Source of the DNA: a virus
Lineage: Duplodnaviria > Caudoviricetes
Strand: one strand, 5' to 3'
DNA: 37,905 nucleotides
Virus record (IMG/VR): IMGVR_UViG_3300033076_000390
Location: 1-37,905 of that record
Part shown: piece after piece, positions 1 through 8,976 of the stretch
Layout: every line of letters begins with the position of its first letter
How positions within the stretch are numbered: position 1 is the stretch's first letter
The notes under the pieces: generated by a model
Seen by the model: the letters and a program-made list of their open reading frames with translations, nothing else
Database searches by the model: none
Told to the model about the DNA's origin: nothing
Program-made: the position numbers and the translations under genes

Positions 1-296
1 CATAAATTTGGTGTATTATTAGTTCCATCACATAAAACCCAACCAGTTGGAATAGATGCAATGGAACCTGACCACATGACAATCACACCTGCTGGTACAA
101 GCGCTTGTAGATCACTTGCAGTAGTTTTAGTTGCTAAAGCAGCAGTTACAGTTGTTGCAAAATTCGCGTCATCACCTAACGCTGCAGCAAGTTCGTTTAA
201 TGTATTTAAAGTTGTAGGAGCACTATCAACAAGATTTGAAATTTGATCTTGTACTACTGCCGGCTCTAGTGCTGTTGCTTTTAATTTGCGTGGCAT
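1..296 (-). CDS. Tail fibre / tail-collar domain protein (partial, runs off the window; absent from the ORF track)
   Basis: Manual translation from the ATG at 296 gives MPRKLKATALEPAVVQDQISNLVDSAPTTLNTLNELAAALGDDANFATTVTAALATK...VPAGVIVMWSGSIASIPTGWVLCDGTNNTPNL. It contains the APxTLxTLxELAxAL fibre motif and the PxGxIxxWxG..IPxGWxLCDG tail-collar motif. Confidence 0.85.
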   Translation of the reverse strand, partial: MPRKLKATALEPAVVQDQISNLVDSAPTTLNTLNELAAALGDDANFATTVTAALATKTTASDLQALVPAGVIVMWSGSIASIPTGWVLCDGTNNTPNL

Positions 297-299
297 ATA

Positions 300-1091
300 T
301 TATTTAATCCAAAGGACTCCATCTGCTTGACCTAATGCATCTTCACTAAAACCATAGTTAGTACCCTGTTCAGGATGACGCATGTATGCAAAATATGTAC
401 CACTTGATGTGTGGTGATCACCAAAACCGCGTGTACCAGTGTTAGGATCTCTATTACTAATAGAACCTTCAAAAGTAGTTGAAACATTTGTACGAGCGTC
501 TTGATCTGATGCTGAAGCAACTGTATCTACACTTGCTGAAGATGATATAAACATATGTTTATTTGTTGCGCCATTTGTCCATGATGGTGCTTCCATCCAA
601 TATGCTGTACTGCCAGTGTATGTTGACGAACCACGAAGAGAATTCATCCAAGCGTCAGATACCTTGCTTGCTGATGCTGCTGATGGGTTTGGACCATTAA
701 CCCCATCAAAATTTACAGCGCTATTATTTGAATGCGCTTGACCACTAGCTCTAGTCGCTCTTACACAACAAACCCAACCTCCACCATTACGTGTGTTATC
801 AACATACATTCTATAAGCACTTGCTTGTCCATTTGGTCTAATATAATACCAGCCATCACTAAATCCGGCGTTTTTAAGAGCTATACCTGAAAGAGCTGGG
901 TTATCAATTGATCCTAAGCGTGGACTGATGTCAGACCATCCACTTGAACGATAAATTTCAGTTGAATTTGTTTCAGTGTTTAAATAAAGAGTACCAATTG
1001 AAGGTGTTGCAGGTCTTCCAGCTGTATTACCGCTTTTAGTAACTAGTGTACCTCCACTTACAACTGTAACGCCATTAGAAATAATTGCCAT
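300..1091 (-). CDS. Virion adhesin / fibre-tip protein with fibrinogen-like C-terminal region
   Basis: N-terminal fibre module GNTAGRPATPSIGTLYLNT, then DGWYYIRPNG...MYVDNTRNGGGWV, which resembles the start of fibrinogen-like domains. Lies among fibre genes. Confidence 0.6.
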   Translation of the reverse strand: MAIISNGVTVVSGGTLVTKSGNTAGRPATPSIGTLYLNTETNSTEIYRSSGWSDISPRLGSIDNPALSGIALKNAGFSDGWYYIRPNGQASAYRMYVDNTRNGGGWVCCVRATRASGQAHSNNSAVNFDGVNGPNPSAASASKVSDAWMNSLRGSSTYTGSTAYWMEAPSWTNGATNKHMFISSSASVDTVASASDQDARTNVSTTFEGSISNRDPNTGTRGFGDHHTSSGTYFAYMRHPEQGTNYGFSEDALGQADGVLWIK

Positions 1092-1822
1092 TACACTTCC
1101 TCTAACTTAAACTTATATTTTTTACCATTTTTATTATTTATGATATAGAGTTCAGAGTCACCTTCTTGGATAGTCCAATTTCCTTTAGTACCATCAATAG
1201 AATTACCAACTTCATGGCTTTCATTGCTCATGTGTAAGTCACCGGTGTAAATATTTCTCCATTGATATGTTGAAGATCCAATATCATATGAATTATTTGT
1301 TGCTGGTAATAAATGTCCACTAAATGAATCACCGGTTTTGTTTGCTTTAGTTGCTAAAGCATTAGTGATTGTTGTTGCATAATTTGGATCATTGCCCAAT
1401 GCTGTAGCAAGTTCATTTAAAGTGTCTAAAGTTGAAGGAGCTGAATTAACTAAATTTGCAACTGTCGTATTTAATAACGTTGGACTAATTGGAGTATAAC
1501 CAAGTTTAGCTTCAATAGCGCCGGTTGCTAATTTTGCTGAAGTAATAGAACCATCACTTACTGAATTCAATGGCGCAGAAACACCAAATCCACGAACGAT
1601 AATCTCTGATCCATTTGCTGGCGCTGTTGTAAATGTTAATGTTGTACTATTAATACCGTAATCTGTAACTGGAACTTGTGCAACGTCGTCTACATAAACA
1701 AAGCATTCGTTTTGGTATTGAGCGTCATTAAGCGTAAATGTAGTTGTACTACCATTACCTGTAAAAGTTTGGAGCGTTGCCGCTCCTGAAAATGCTCTAC
1801 GTGGGAATTGATTTAATGCCAT
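1091..1822 (-). CDS. Tail fibre-associated structural protein
   Basis: TFTGNGSTTTFTL...VYVDDVAQVP..DY...LTFTTAP repeat seen in T4-like cyanophage structural proteins; APSTLDTLNELATALGNDPNYATT fibre motif; C-terminal WRNIYTGDLHMSNE...GNWTIQEG domain. Confidence 0.75.
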   Translation of the reverse strand: MALNQFPRRAFSGAATLQTFTGNGSTTTFTLNDAQYQNECFVYVDDVAQVPVTDYGINSTTLTFTTAPANGSEIIVRGFGVSAPLNSVSDGSITSAKLATGAIEAKLGYTPISPTLLNTTVANLVNSAPSTLDTLNELATALGNDPNYATTITNALATKANKTGDSFSGHLLPATNNSYDIGSSTYQWRNIYTGDLHMSNESHEVGNSIDGTKGNWTIQEGDSELYIINNKNGKKYKFKLEEV

Positions 1823-1825
1823 GCG

Positions 1826-2287
1826 TTATACCAATGTATCAAAGCGTGCTGTACGCACAGTTGTATTAGCGTTTGCTGGTGTAATTAGTAATCTAACATA
1901 TCCACCAGAGATATCTGAGTCTACAGTAATTAGAGGTGATGCACCTGTGTAGATTGTTGCGTACTCAGTCATGTAAACTGTAGTACCATCTTGAACCATG
2001 ATAACTTCTGTTGCATGGTATTGGCTACCAACTGTAGCTTGAATTAGATACTTAACACTACGTACTTTTAGTACACTGTATTGATCAACGATTTGATCAG
2101 TTGCTGTTGTTGCCAATGTAGATTCTGTACGAACCCAGTCAGAGATTGGAACTACTGTGTTGTCAGTTTTCTTTAGGAATAGTCTACCATCGGCAGAGTT
2201 AATCGCTAATTCGCCTTCAGTCAACGCACCAGAAGATGGTACTGCACCTTCCGTCGCTGATCTTTTAAACTGAACAACTGTTGCCAT
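1826..2287 (-). CDS. Tail fibre-associated structural protein
   Basis: N-terminal QFKRS...P...L.EGELAIN..DGRLF motif typical of phage fibre N-termini; gene context. Confidence 0.6.
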   Translation of the reverse strand: MATVVQFKRSATEGAVPSSGALTEGELAINSADGRLFLKKTDNTVVPISDWVRTESTLATTATDQIVDQYSVLKVRSVKYLIQATVGSQYHATEVIMVQDGTTVYMTEYATIYTGASPLITVDSDISGGYVRLLITPANANTTVRTARFDTLV

Positions 2288-2291
2288 TTAA

Positions 2292-2504
2292 TTACTCTTC
2301 TGTTGTGTCTGTCTTTGTTATACTAGCAGCTTGAAAATCATCTGCTGGTTTTTGTTCTTCGTCTTTTGGTGTTAGATCAATGATACGTTTTTGAGCTAAC
2401 ACTAATTGTGTCTCAAGCATTACAACCTTATTAGTAAGATCTGCAATTGCTCTTTGTTGTCTTTCAATATACGCATTAACGAATTCTTGTGAATCAACTT
2501 TCAT
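2292..2504 (-). CDS. Small coiled-coil hypothetical protein
   Basis: 70-aa ORF with GGAGA ribosome-binding site and heptad-like segment IADLTNKVVMLETQLVLA; preceded by a late promoter. Confidence 0.7.
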   Translation of the reverse strand: MKVDSQEFVNAYIERQQRAIADLTNKVVMLETQLVLAQKRIIDLTPKDEEQKPADDFQAASITKTDTTEE

Positions 2505-2524
2505 AATATCTCCATAAGTTAAAT

Positions 2525-2554
2525 TGGACCTACTACGTATTTATAGTAGGTCCA
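2525..2554. repeat. Perfect 11-bp inverted repeat (hairpin) overlapping a late promoter; possible terminator or processing site
   Basis: TGGACCTACTA (2525-2535), loop CGTATTTA, TAGTAGGTCCA (2544-2554), in the intergenic gap. Confidence 0.75.
2538..2545 (-). promoter_or_regulatory. T4-type late promoter TATAAATA
   Basis: Exact gp55-type consensus on the minus strand, intergenic, upstream of the ORF starting at 2504. Confidence 0.75.
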
Positions 2555-2564
2555 GAATCACATC

Positions 2565-4376
2565 TTAGTATGTACCGCAGTCGATGTGTCCGAATGATGG
2601 AACACCTGAAGAGTTCATTTGAAGAACTTGACCTTGTACACCAAATACGCTTGATGAATCTTCGTTATAGAATACAACGTTACCTGAACCATTAACACCC
2701 ATTACTGATGTGCTTGAATAGTTACCTGCAGTGAATGTCATGCTGTCAAGTAATGAGTTACCAAACTTAACGTTTGCAGCTGCACCTGAAATTACTTCAG
2801 AAGCATTTGTTGCATCTTCAATGAATGTGAAACGTGCATCAGAAGCATCGTAACCGAAGAAACCTTGCTTAGCAGCAGTACCATTATGCCATTGGAATAA
2901 GATACCTTTGTCCATTCCATCAGGTGCGCTAAGTGCTGCATCACCACCAAGAATGAAGATTGGATCATCAACTGTAACAACCGTTGAGTTAACTGTAGTT
3001 GTTGTACCATTGATTGTTAAGTTACCTTCAATAACAACTGAACCAGCTGAACCACTTGGGTTTGGATCCAAGTACATAACACCACCAGTTGTTGTACTGA
3101 TTGTGTCGCCAAGGATCTTAATCTTACCAACTTGTAATGGAATTGTTGTGTCTGTAAAGACCATTCCATTTTCATCAAGGTTTACGCGCTTAACACCGTC
3201 TGTATAGAACTCAAGGTCGTTATTGTTTGCACCTGGCGATGTTTCTGCACGAATGAATGTGTTTTGATCAACGTCGATAACACCACCAAGACCTGTCCAG
3301 TTTGTACCATCATAAGCTTCGTAACGAAGATCTGTTGTGTTGTAACGAATCATACCAGCTACAGGAGTACCTGGACGTGATGCTGTATTACCAACAGGAA
3401 TCTTAACCGCTGTTGATGAGTTGATGTTTGTTACACCTAAACCGTTAGGCGCAAAGTTAATGTCGCCGTTTGAGTTAGTTGCTGTTACAGTGTTACCATT
3501 GATGTTTAGGTTATCAATATCAGCAGAACCAGTGATGTCTAAGTCACCAGTAAGAACTAAGTTAGATGTAGATGTATTAAACGTGAAGTTAGCAGAATCA
3601 ACTAACTCACCAGATGTGCCAGCAAATGTAACACGACCAGATGTTAGATCTTCAACATTTAGTGAAGCAAGAGTTGATTGACCATCAACGTTTAATGTAC
3701 CAACGATCTGTGTATTGCCTGTTGCATGAGCTACAGTGAATTTATTAACACCAACGATTAATGATGTACCATCAAATGTTAGGTTGCTTGAGTCTACTAA
3801 CTCACCTGAAGCACCAACGTAAACTAGACGAGTTGCTGTAAGGTCTTCTACATTTAAAGATGCAAGTGTTGCTTGGCCATCGATATTTAATGTACCAGTT
3901 GCATGAATGTTACCAGTAGCTTCAATATCGCCGGTATGATTTAGAATACCACTGATATTAAGATTTGTGCCACTGATTGCTACATCACCAAGTGTTGTAA
4001 TGTTGATATCGCCAGTACCATTAGCAGTAACGTTGATATCGCCATTAGCATTTGTTGAGCTAAGAGTGTTACCATCAAGGCGTAGGTTATCTACGTTGAA
4101 GATATCGATCTTGCTATTTGCATCAACAATTAATGCAGAACTTGCTGTTAGTGTACCTGGTGTGTGATCTAACTTACTTGTAAAGTACTTACCACCAATA
4201 ACTTCAATATTCGCCGCTGCACCAGTAAGTGGATCCTCAGAACCAGTACCAATGAAGAGACGATCTCCGCCATTTACTAAGTCACCTGTTAAATACGAAT
4301 ACGCTAACTCACCAGTGGCAAGAGCGGAAGGTGAGCCGCTTACGCCCGAGTTCTTAATTTTAATAATTGTTGACAT
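2565..4376 (-). CDS. Tail fibre / virion structural protein with internal repeats
   Basis: 603 aa, rich in G/T/N/S. N-terminal IKIKNS...L.TGELAYS motif; duplicated GTLNxDGQxTLASLNVEDLT...GELVDS.N.TF unit; RPGTPVAGMIRYNT module. Confidence 0.8.
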   Translation of the reverse strand: MSTIIKIKNSGVSGSPSALATGELAYSYLTGDLVNGGDRLFIGTGSEDPLTGAAANIEVIGGKYFTSKLDHTPGTLTASSALIVDANSKIDIFNVDNLRLDGNTLSSTNANGDINVTANGTGDINITTLGDVAISGTNLNISGILNHTGDIEATGNIHATGTLNIDGQATLASLNVEDLTATRLVYVGASGELVDSSNLTFDGTSLIVGVNKFTVAHATGNTQIVGTLNVDGQSTLASLNVEDLTSGRVTFAGTSGELVDSANFTFNTSTSNLVLTGDLDITGSADIDNLNINGNTVTATNSNGDINFAPNGLGVTNINSSTAVKIPVGNTASRPGTPVAGMIRYNTTDLRYEAYDGTNWTGLGGVIDVDQNTFIRAETSPGANNNDLEFYTDGVKRVNLDENGMVFTDTTIPLQVGKIKILGDTISTTTGGVMYLDPNPSGSAGSVVIEGNLTINGTTTTVNSTVVTVDDPIFILGGDAALSAPDGMDKGILFQWHNGTAAKQGFFGYDASDARFTFIEDATNASEVISGAAANVKFGNSLLDSMTFTAGNYSSTSVMGVNGSGNVVFYNEDSSSVFGVQGQVLQMNSSGVPSFGHIDCGTY

Positions 4377-4600
4377 TAATACTTGCCTCCGATGATTTTT
4401 GTCTTACTACGTGGATGATCGACTTCTGCTTTTAGAACAAATTTCGCAATCTGTTCATCATAGACCATCATCGCTCCGTCTTCTAATTGTGTTGCGTCGA
4501 TGTCTGTTAAATCTAATAGGCTCATTGACTGAATGCCAAGAGCCATAGTCTTTACTTTTAGTGTTTTATCCTGATTGATTTTGACTTTGATGTCTGCCAT
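4376..4600 (-). CDS. Small virion-associated hypothetical protein
   Basis: 74 aa with LxDLxDID...DGAMMVYD...KF and a terminal GGKY; its stop overlaps the next start codon. Confidence 0.6.
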   Translation of the reverse strand: MADIKVKINQDKTLKVKTMALGIQSMSLLDLTDIDATQLEDGAMMVYDEQIAKFVLKAEVDHPRSKTKIIGGKY

Positions 4601-4603
4601 AGA

Positions 4604-4942
4604 TTACCTCGTTACTCGTGGAGTTACGGTAACCTGTCCTTCAACTACTCGAACTACAGGTGTGCCGGTTGTATGAACAATTTCAACATCATAAACATAA
4701 CGACCTGGCTTCATAGTTCCAGTTTGAGTAGGAGTCAATTGAATCTTGATCTTACCTTGTCCCTGTGAAGTCAATTTAGTACAAGTGAAAGGAAACGACG
4801 TCGAGGACGTGTAAGTTCTACGAACTTGTCCTCGAACAGTGTAATTCGTCAAGTCGATTAAGTTACCAACGTTATCTTCTAACGTAATGGTAGACGAAAA
4901 ATCAGATCCTTGGTCGATTACTAAGTTTGCAACAATAGCCAT
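4604..4942 (-). CDS. BppU-N-like / fibre-attachment structural protein
   Basis: NLVIDQGSDF...DLTNYTVRGQVR...GRYVYDVEI...RVVEGQVTVTP pattern, common in T4-like phage fibre clusters. Confidence 0.6.
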   Translation of the reverse strand: MAIVANLVIDQGSDFSSTITLEDNVGNLIDLTNYTVRGQVRRTYTSSTSFPFTCTKLTSQGQGKIKIQLTPTQTGTMKPGRYVYDVEIVHTTGTPVVRVVEGQVTVTPRVTR

Positions 4943-4976
4943 TTAAAAAGTCTTTACAAAAAGGTTTGTTCTGACT

Positions 4977-4984
4977 TATTTATA
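4977..4984 (-). promoter_or_regulatory. T4-type late promoter TATAAATA
   Basis: Exact consensus in the intergenic gap between the enzyme island and the downstream fibre genes. Confidence 0.8.
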
Positions 4985-4995
4985 TAGAATTGCAA

Positions 4996-5565
4996 TTAAG
5001 AATCGCGGTATAAGAATAAATCTACGGGCATTGCAAGTCTCATTGTACTGTGGTATGTTGAGACGTAGTGATATAAGAAGCTTGGAAAAACCGCGATTTC
5101 TCCGCTTTCAGGAATAAATGATAGATCATTAAACCAAGGCTCGAAAGTTTCGTCATATCCTCTATTGGAATTTTGTCTTGGATCGGTGAATGATATTCTA
5201 CCACCAGCATCTTCACCTTCACACCATAAGTAAAAGACGGCCGACAATTGAGCGCCTCTATGATTATGGTAGTTGATACTATAATCATGTCCTGAACCAG
5301 TTAACCAACTTCTAGTTCTGTATTTCCAATAGTCTAAAGGTTTTCCAACAGTGTCTTGAAGAAACTTATCAAATGTTGGTAACACAAGTTCATTCTTAAA
5401 TTTAACTACTTCTTCTGCAGGATTATCAAGAACGTTCATGTTATTTAGATCGCTTGGAGGATTACTTAGATCATAATCCATAAGAAGTCTAGTTACAAGC
5501 GAGTCACGAATGTCAACCGGCATAGTTGTTCTCATAACCGGCGTTGGCCACAATTGATGAATCAT
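4996..5565 (-). CDS. 2OG-Fe(II) oxygenase (phage-type, HxH...H)
   Basis: HNH...LSAVFYL...GG.I.F.DPR...GEIAVFPSFLYHYV...R matches the double-stranded beta-helix oxygenase signature. Confidence 0.8.
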   Translation of the reverse strand: MIHQLWPTPVMRTTMPVDIRDSLVTRLLMDYDLSNPPSDLNNMNVLDNPAEEVVKFKNELVLPTFDKFLQDTVGKPLDYWKYRTRSWLTGSGHDYSINYHNHRGAQLSAVFYLWCEGEDAGGRISFTDPRQNSNRGYDETFEPWFNDLSFIPESGEIAVFPSFLYHYVSTYHSTMRLAMPVDLFLYRDS

Positions 5566-6074
5566 GCAACTCTCCTAAGCATCAAATTCAAAGTAATCCT
5601 ATTAGTAAGCCCATGATATTCTTTAACTGAGTGCCAAACATTGCTTGGGAAGATAACTAATTGACCCATCAGGAATGGAACTATAAACGTATTACAGTCT
5701 ACATTCTTAGTGTCTGATACCCATTGTGGGTTACTCCAAGAAGGATCATATAAGACTAAGTCTCCGCCGCAATCTTCATCGCCCATTACTTGTAGAACAG
5801 CGACGAGTTGATTACCATAGTGATTATCACAGTGAATCCCAAAATCATTATGATCTATGGTAGTCGTCTTTCTGATCCATCCATCGACTATTTCATAAGT
5901 TCCTGGATATTCGCCGTGTACTTCTTTTAGTACAGCATTTTTTAGATCTTCAGTACAAACTTCTTCCCAATCTTTACTGTCTATCTCAGCATATTTATTA
6001 TAGACTGCCATGACTAGATCAAAGTCAATCGTTCCATACGCCACTCGAGTAGGCCATAAGTCAATCTTCTTCAA
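5562..6074 (-). CDS. 2OG-Fe(II) oxygenase
   Basis: HCD...GGDLVLYDP...GQLVIFPSNVWHSV...RITL gives the HxD...H triad plus the 2OG-binding Arg. Confidence 0.8.
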   Translation of the reverse strand: MKKIDLWPTRVAYGTIDFDLVMAVYNKYAEIDSKDWEEVCTEDLKNAVLKEVHGEYPGTYEIVDGWIRKTTTIDHNDFGIHCDNHYGNQLVAVLQVMGDEDCGGDLVLYDPSWSNPQWVSDTKNVDCNTFIVPFLMGQLVIFPSNVWHSVKEYHGLTNRITLNLMLRRVA

Positions 6075-6471
6075 TCATGAACTCCTCAACAAAGTATTCT
6101 CTAACATCTGGAACCATGCCTAATGTCTCATCAAAATCCCAGCCTATTTCATTTAAGATCCGTGTATATGTTTTTGCGTCTTTACTATATGTGACGAAGT
6201 ATGGATCATTGCCAAACAAAAGATCTTCGTCGTTAAGATACTCTAATGGTCTTCCACCAAAGTGATCAGCTAACCAGCGGGCATAACAAATTGCAACCAT
6301 ATAAGACTTAGATGGATAAACCCAACCAAGATTCTTATGTTTGAAGTATGCAACTGCGTCTGGTACAACGTTGTTCGTTATAACGATATACTTCGTATTT
6401 AAGTCATCATCATGTTGCGGGTTTAGACGATGGTATATTTCCTGTCTAATCTTCCAATCACTTTTTTTCAT
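6061..6471 (-). CDS. Hypothetical protein of the enzyme island
   Basis: The ORF track gives 6061-6486 with a TTG start. The ATG at 6471 (MKKSDWK), preceded by AGGG, is the more likely start. No motif recognised. Confidence 0.7.
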   Translation of the reverse strand: MKKSDWKIRQEIYHRLNPQHDDDLNTKYIVITNNVVPDAVAYFKHKNLGWVYPSKSYMVAICYARWLADHFGGRPLEYLNDEDLLFGNDPYFVTYSKDAKTYTRILNEIGWDFDETLGMVPDVREYFVEEFMIEED

Positions 6472-6473
6472 TC

Positions 6474-6508
6474 TAGCCCTGTACAACTATGGAATTATAG
6501 TATAAAAT
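6474..6508 (+). promoter_or_regulatory. Putative early (sigma70-type) promoter, antisense to the enzyme island
   Basis: TAGCCC-TGTACA (6480-6485), 17 bp, TAAAAT (6503-6508). The 12-mer TAGCCCTGTACA is identical to that of the promoter at 37871-37905. Confidence 0.55.
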
Positions 6509-6512
6509 AGAT

Positions 6513-7433
6513 CTACCCCCGGAGGGTGGATATAGAGTACCAGTTGATCAAATGATAGAATCCATTACAACCGGTATCTAATGATTGTACTTCTCTTATA
6601 TGCTCAGATAAGCAGTGTCCATTGTAGTTACAGCTTGAACAGTATGAGTTGTTTGAAGTACGTTCTTTCTCAGTATCGCACCATGTAAAGTAACCATCGA
6701 TCGTATCATATTCTTGAAAGAATTCATTGTCATCCTTATCAAATTCTAAAACCCCAAACTTGCCATTAGGAGTAATATAAACGTGATCATCTGAATAACT
6801 ATTACGTGTTTTATTTATGACATCTTCAAGTTGACTAATATTCGATAACTCAAATGTTCTGTTCTCATTCGTTATCCACTTCTTCACAAATTCTTCATAT
6901 TCGTTATAAGTCACATGAAGTTGATTTGCCTGATTGGAACTATATGGTTTGATCTCTACACTTTCAAGATTCTTAAATCTGTTCAATATGTTGACCATTT
7001 CATCAGTGTTTTGTTTTATCAAATCAGGAGAAGCTAACATCAATACACTAAACGGTTTATTTAATAAAGCCATGTTACGAAGAACACGCTCATGATCTTC
7101 TCTAGCATTAAAGTCAAAACTAACCGATGTATAAACACGATCATCTGTTGTGATATCATTGATCATTGAAAGATTGGTTATTAGATTGATGTCTTCAATA
7201 CCATACGTATGTAGTGTATTAATTAGATCATTCCAGTAATCTTTTGGAAGTAGACCAAGTTCGCCACCATACAAATCTACTTTCTCAATAGGTTCATACG
7301 ATAGCACCTCACAGATCATTTCATTTAAACGGTCTAGTGATAGTAATTTATTGTCACTTAACTGTTCAGGCGTAAGATAACAGAACTTACATCTGAAGTT
7401 ACAGTAATACCAAGGGTTGATTGAAAGGATCAT
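6513..7433 (-). CDS. Radical SAM enzyme with reduced SPASM-like C-terminus
   Basis: CNFRCKFC (Cx3Cx2C), YGGE motif, C-terminal CSSCNYNGHCLSEH...C. Confidence 0.9.
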   Translation of the reverse strand: MILSINPWYYCNFRCKFCYLTPEQLSDNKLLSLDRLNEMICEVLSYEPIEKVDLYGGELGLLPKDYWNDLINTLHTYGIEDINLITNLSMINDITTDDRVYTSVSFDFNAREDHERVLRNMALLNKPFSVLMLASPDLIKQNTDEMVNILNRFKNLESVEIKPYSSNQANQLHVTYNEYEEFVKKWITNENRTFELSNISQLEDVINKTRNSYSDDHVYITPNGKFGVLEFDKDDNEFFQEYDTIDGYFTWCDTEKERTSNNSYCSSCNYNGHCLSEHIREVQSLDTGCNGFYHLINWYSISTLRG

Positions 7434-7954
7434 CCACTGATATCCTTATTGATCTTGTAATTGAATAATGCAACTCTACGTGGTACATCCATCTTTAGAG
7501 GATTAACGATATGTTCAAAATTTAAATTATGGTTCATGAAAGAAACATCATAACGCTTTGGATAAAACCCATCGATGTATTCTTTTGTCTTTATATCTCT
7601 AAAGCTTATATCACCACCAATGTCTTCGTCCATGTCATCTAGGTATAAAAGAATCGATAAGTTATAACCCTCGATGTTATCATTGTGCCATGATAGTGTA
7701 GCTTCATCCATTCCATTAACGATTTCACAATCATCACCATATTGGAAATTAGGATCTATATGTTTAACATACTTTTCAGCTAAAAGAATCTGTGTATTTC
7801 TAATGTCATTTTCAACTAAGACATTACGCTTAACCAAACGAAGTCCTTGTTCCTTTAGGTTCTTCCATTCCCACGACTCAAAGTCCTTAAGATATTTAAA
7901 GACTTCTTTATCGTTAACTTTATAAAACCCATTCTTCTTGAATTCTTCTATCAT
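7430..7954 (-). CDS. 2OG-Fe(II) oxygenase (prolyl-hydroxylase-like)
   Basis: WHND...ILLYLD...GGDI.F...FEHIV...RR. Confidence 0.8.
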   Translation of the reverse strand: MIEEFKKNGFYKVNDKEVFKYLKDFESWEWKNLKEQGLRLVKRNVLVENDIRNTQILLAEKYVKHIDPNFQYGDDCEIVNGMDEATLSWHNDNIEGYNLSILLYLDDMDEDIGGDISFRDIKTKEYIDGFYPKRYDVSFMNHNLNFEHIVNPLKMDVPRRVALFNYKINKDISG

Positions 7955-8976
7955 TTGTTCGCCTCAATAATATCATTAGCTAGCGTCTTCATTTTTGCAC
8001 AGTGAATCATATTCATATCATAATCTTTATGATCTTTAATAGTCTTCTTACATCCATTGCAGATTTCAAACATAGGACATGTATAGCAATCATTAGTCAT
8101 AGTCTGTAGTGATTGGACGAACTTAATAGGAAATACCTTGGCTCCGTTCATCTCTTTTTTAAAGTCGATAGGATATAATCTATCATCTCCAAAAGCACCA
8201 CATGAATAGTAATCGCCGGATGGCTGTAGCGTTCTAATTCCAGAGTCGCACTCGCGGTTTTGAGGACAGCATGTCGCACGACCTTTTAGGCGCTTCATCA
8301 TTTGTTTAGTATTAAATTCCCAAGGGGCTAATCCTTGTTTCCAAATATCTACATAGATTTCGTAGATATCGGCAAGAAGAAAAGGCTTACCTTCTTGCCC
8401 CATGATAATGCCTTTGAACTTTACTGGAGGGCCAGATGACATTGCGTAATTCAACTTACACTCAACACCCATCTCTCTCGCAAGTTCTACGTTCTTTACG
8501 GCGTATTGCTTATTTTCATCTGTGATAACTGAGATAAAATCAGGTCTATAACCACAATGCTCAAGCATTGCATCAGAGACTTTCCAAAAGTCTTCTTCAG
8601 TGAATTCGCTTAAATCTCCCTTTAGTCTTCCACCGCCATATTGAAATGAAGTAGTAACACCAACGCGTGGATGATTAAAAAGATCTTTCCATTTATTTGG
8701 ATTTTTGTAGAATGGCCAAAGATTAGACGTTATTGAGATTGACGTTGGTAGATCGATACTGTCTAAATGTTCGATGATCTTCCAGTAATAATCTGGTTGC
8801 ATCATTAATGGATCACCACCATTGACGATAATGGTGTTAGTTTCAGGAAAGCGCTTTAGAAAATCAAAGATGTATTGGTGATCTAGCTCAACTGACTTAT
8901 CATCTGTGATGTGTGTGCTTGAACAGAATGTACACTTAAAGTTACATTTTTCTGTAGGTTTAATTATAAGATCCAT
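7951..8976 (-). CDS. Radical SAM/SPASM enzyme
   Basis: IIKPTEKCNFKCTFC, GGDP motif, CCP...C...YYSC, CYTCPMFEICNGC...C. Confidence 0.92.
   Translation of the reverse strand: MDLIIKPTEKCNFKCTFCSSTHITDDKSVELDHQYIFDFLKRFPETNTIIVNGGDPLMMQPDYYWKIIEHLDSIDLPTSISITSNLWPFYKNPNKWKDLFNHPRVGVTTSFQYGGGRLKGDLSEFTEEDFWKVSDAMLEHCGYRPDFISVITDENKQYAVKNVELAREMGVECKLNYAMSSGPPVKFKGIIMGQEGKPFLLADIYEIYVDIWKQGLAPWEFNTKQMMKRLKGRATCCPQNRECDSGIRTLQPSGDYYSCGAFGDDRLYPIDFKKEMNGAKVFPIKFVQSLQTMTNDCYTCPMFEICNGCKKTIKDHKDYDMNMIHCAKMKTLANDIIEANK

Noticed and set aside
61-246. Plus-strand 61-aa ORF
   Set aside because: Antisense shadow of the real minus-strand tail-collar gene at 1-296.
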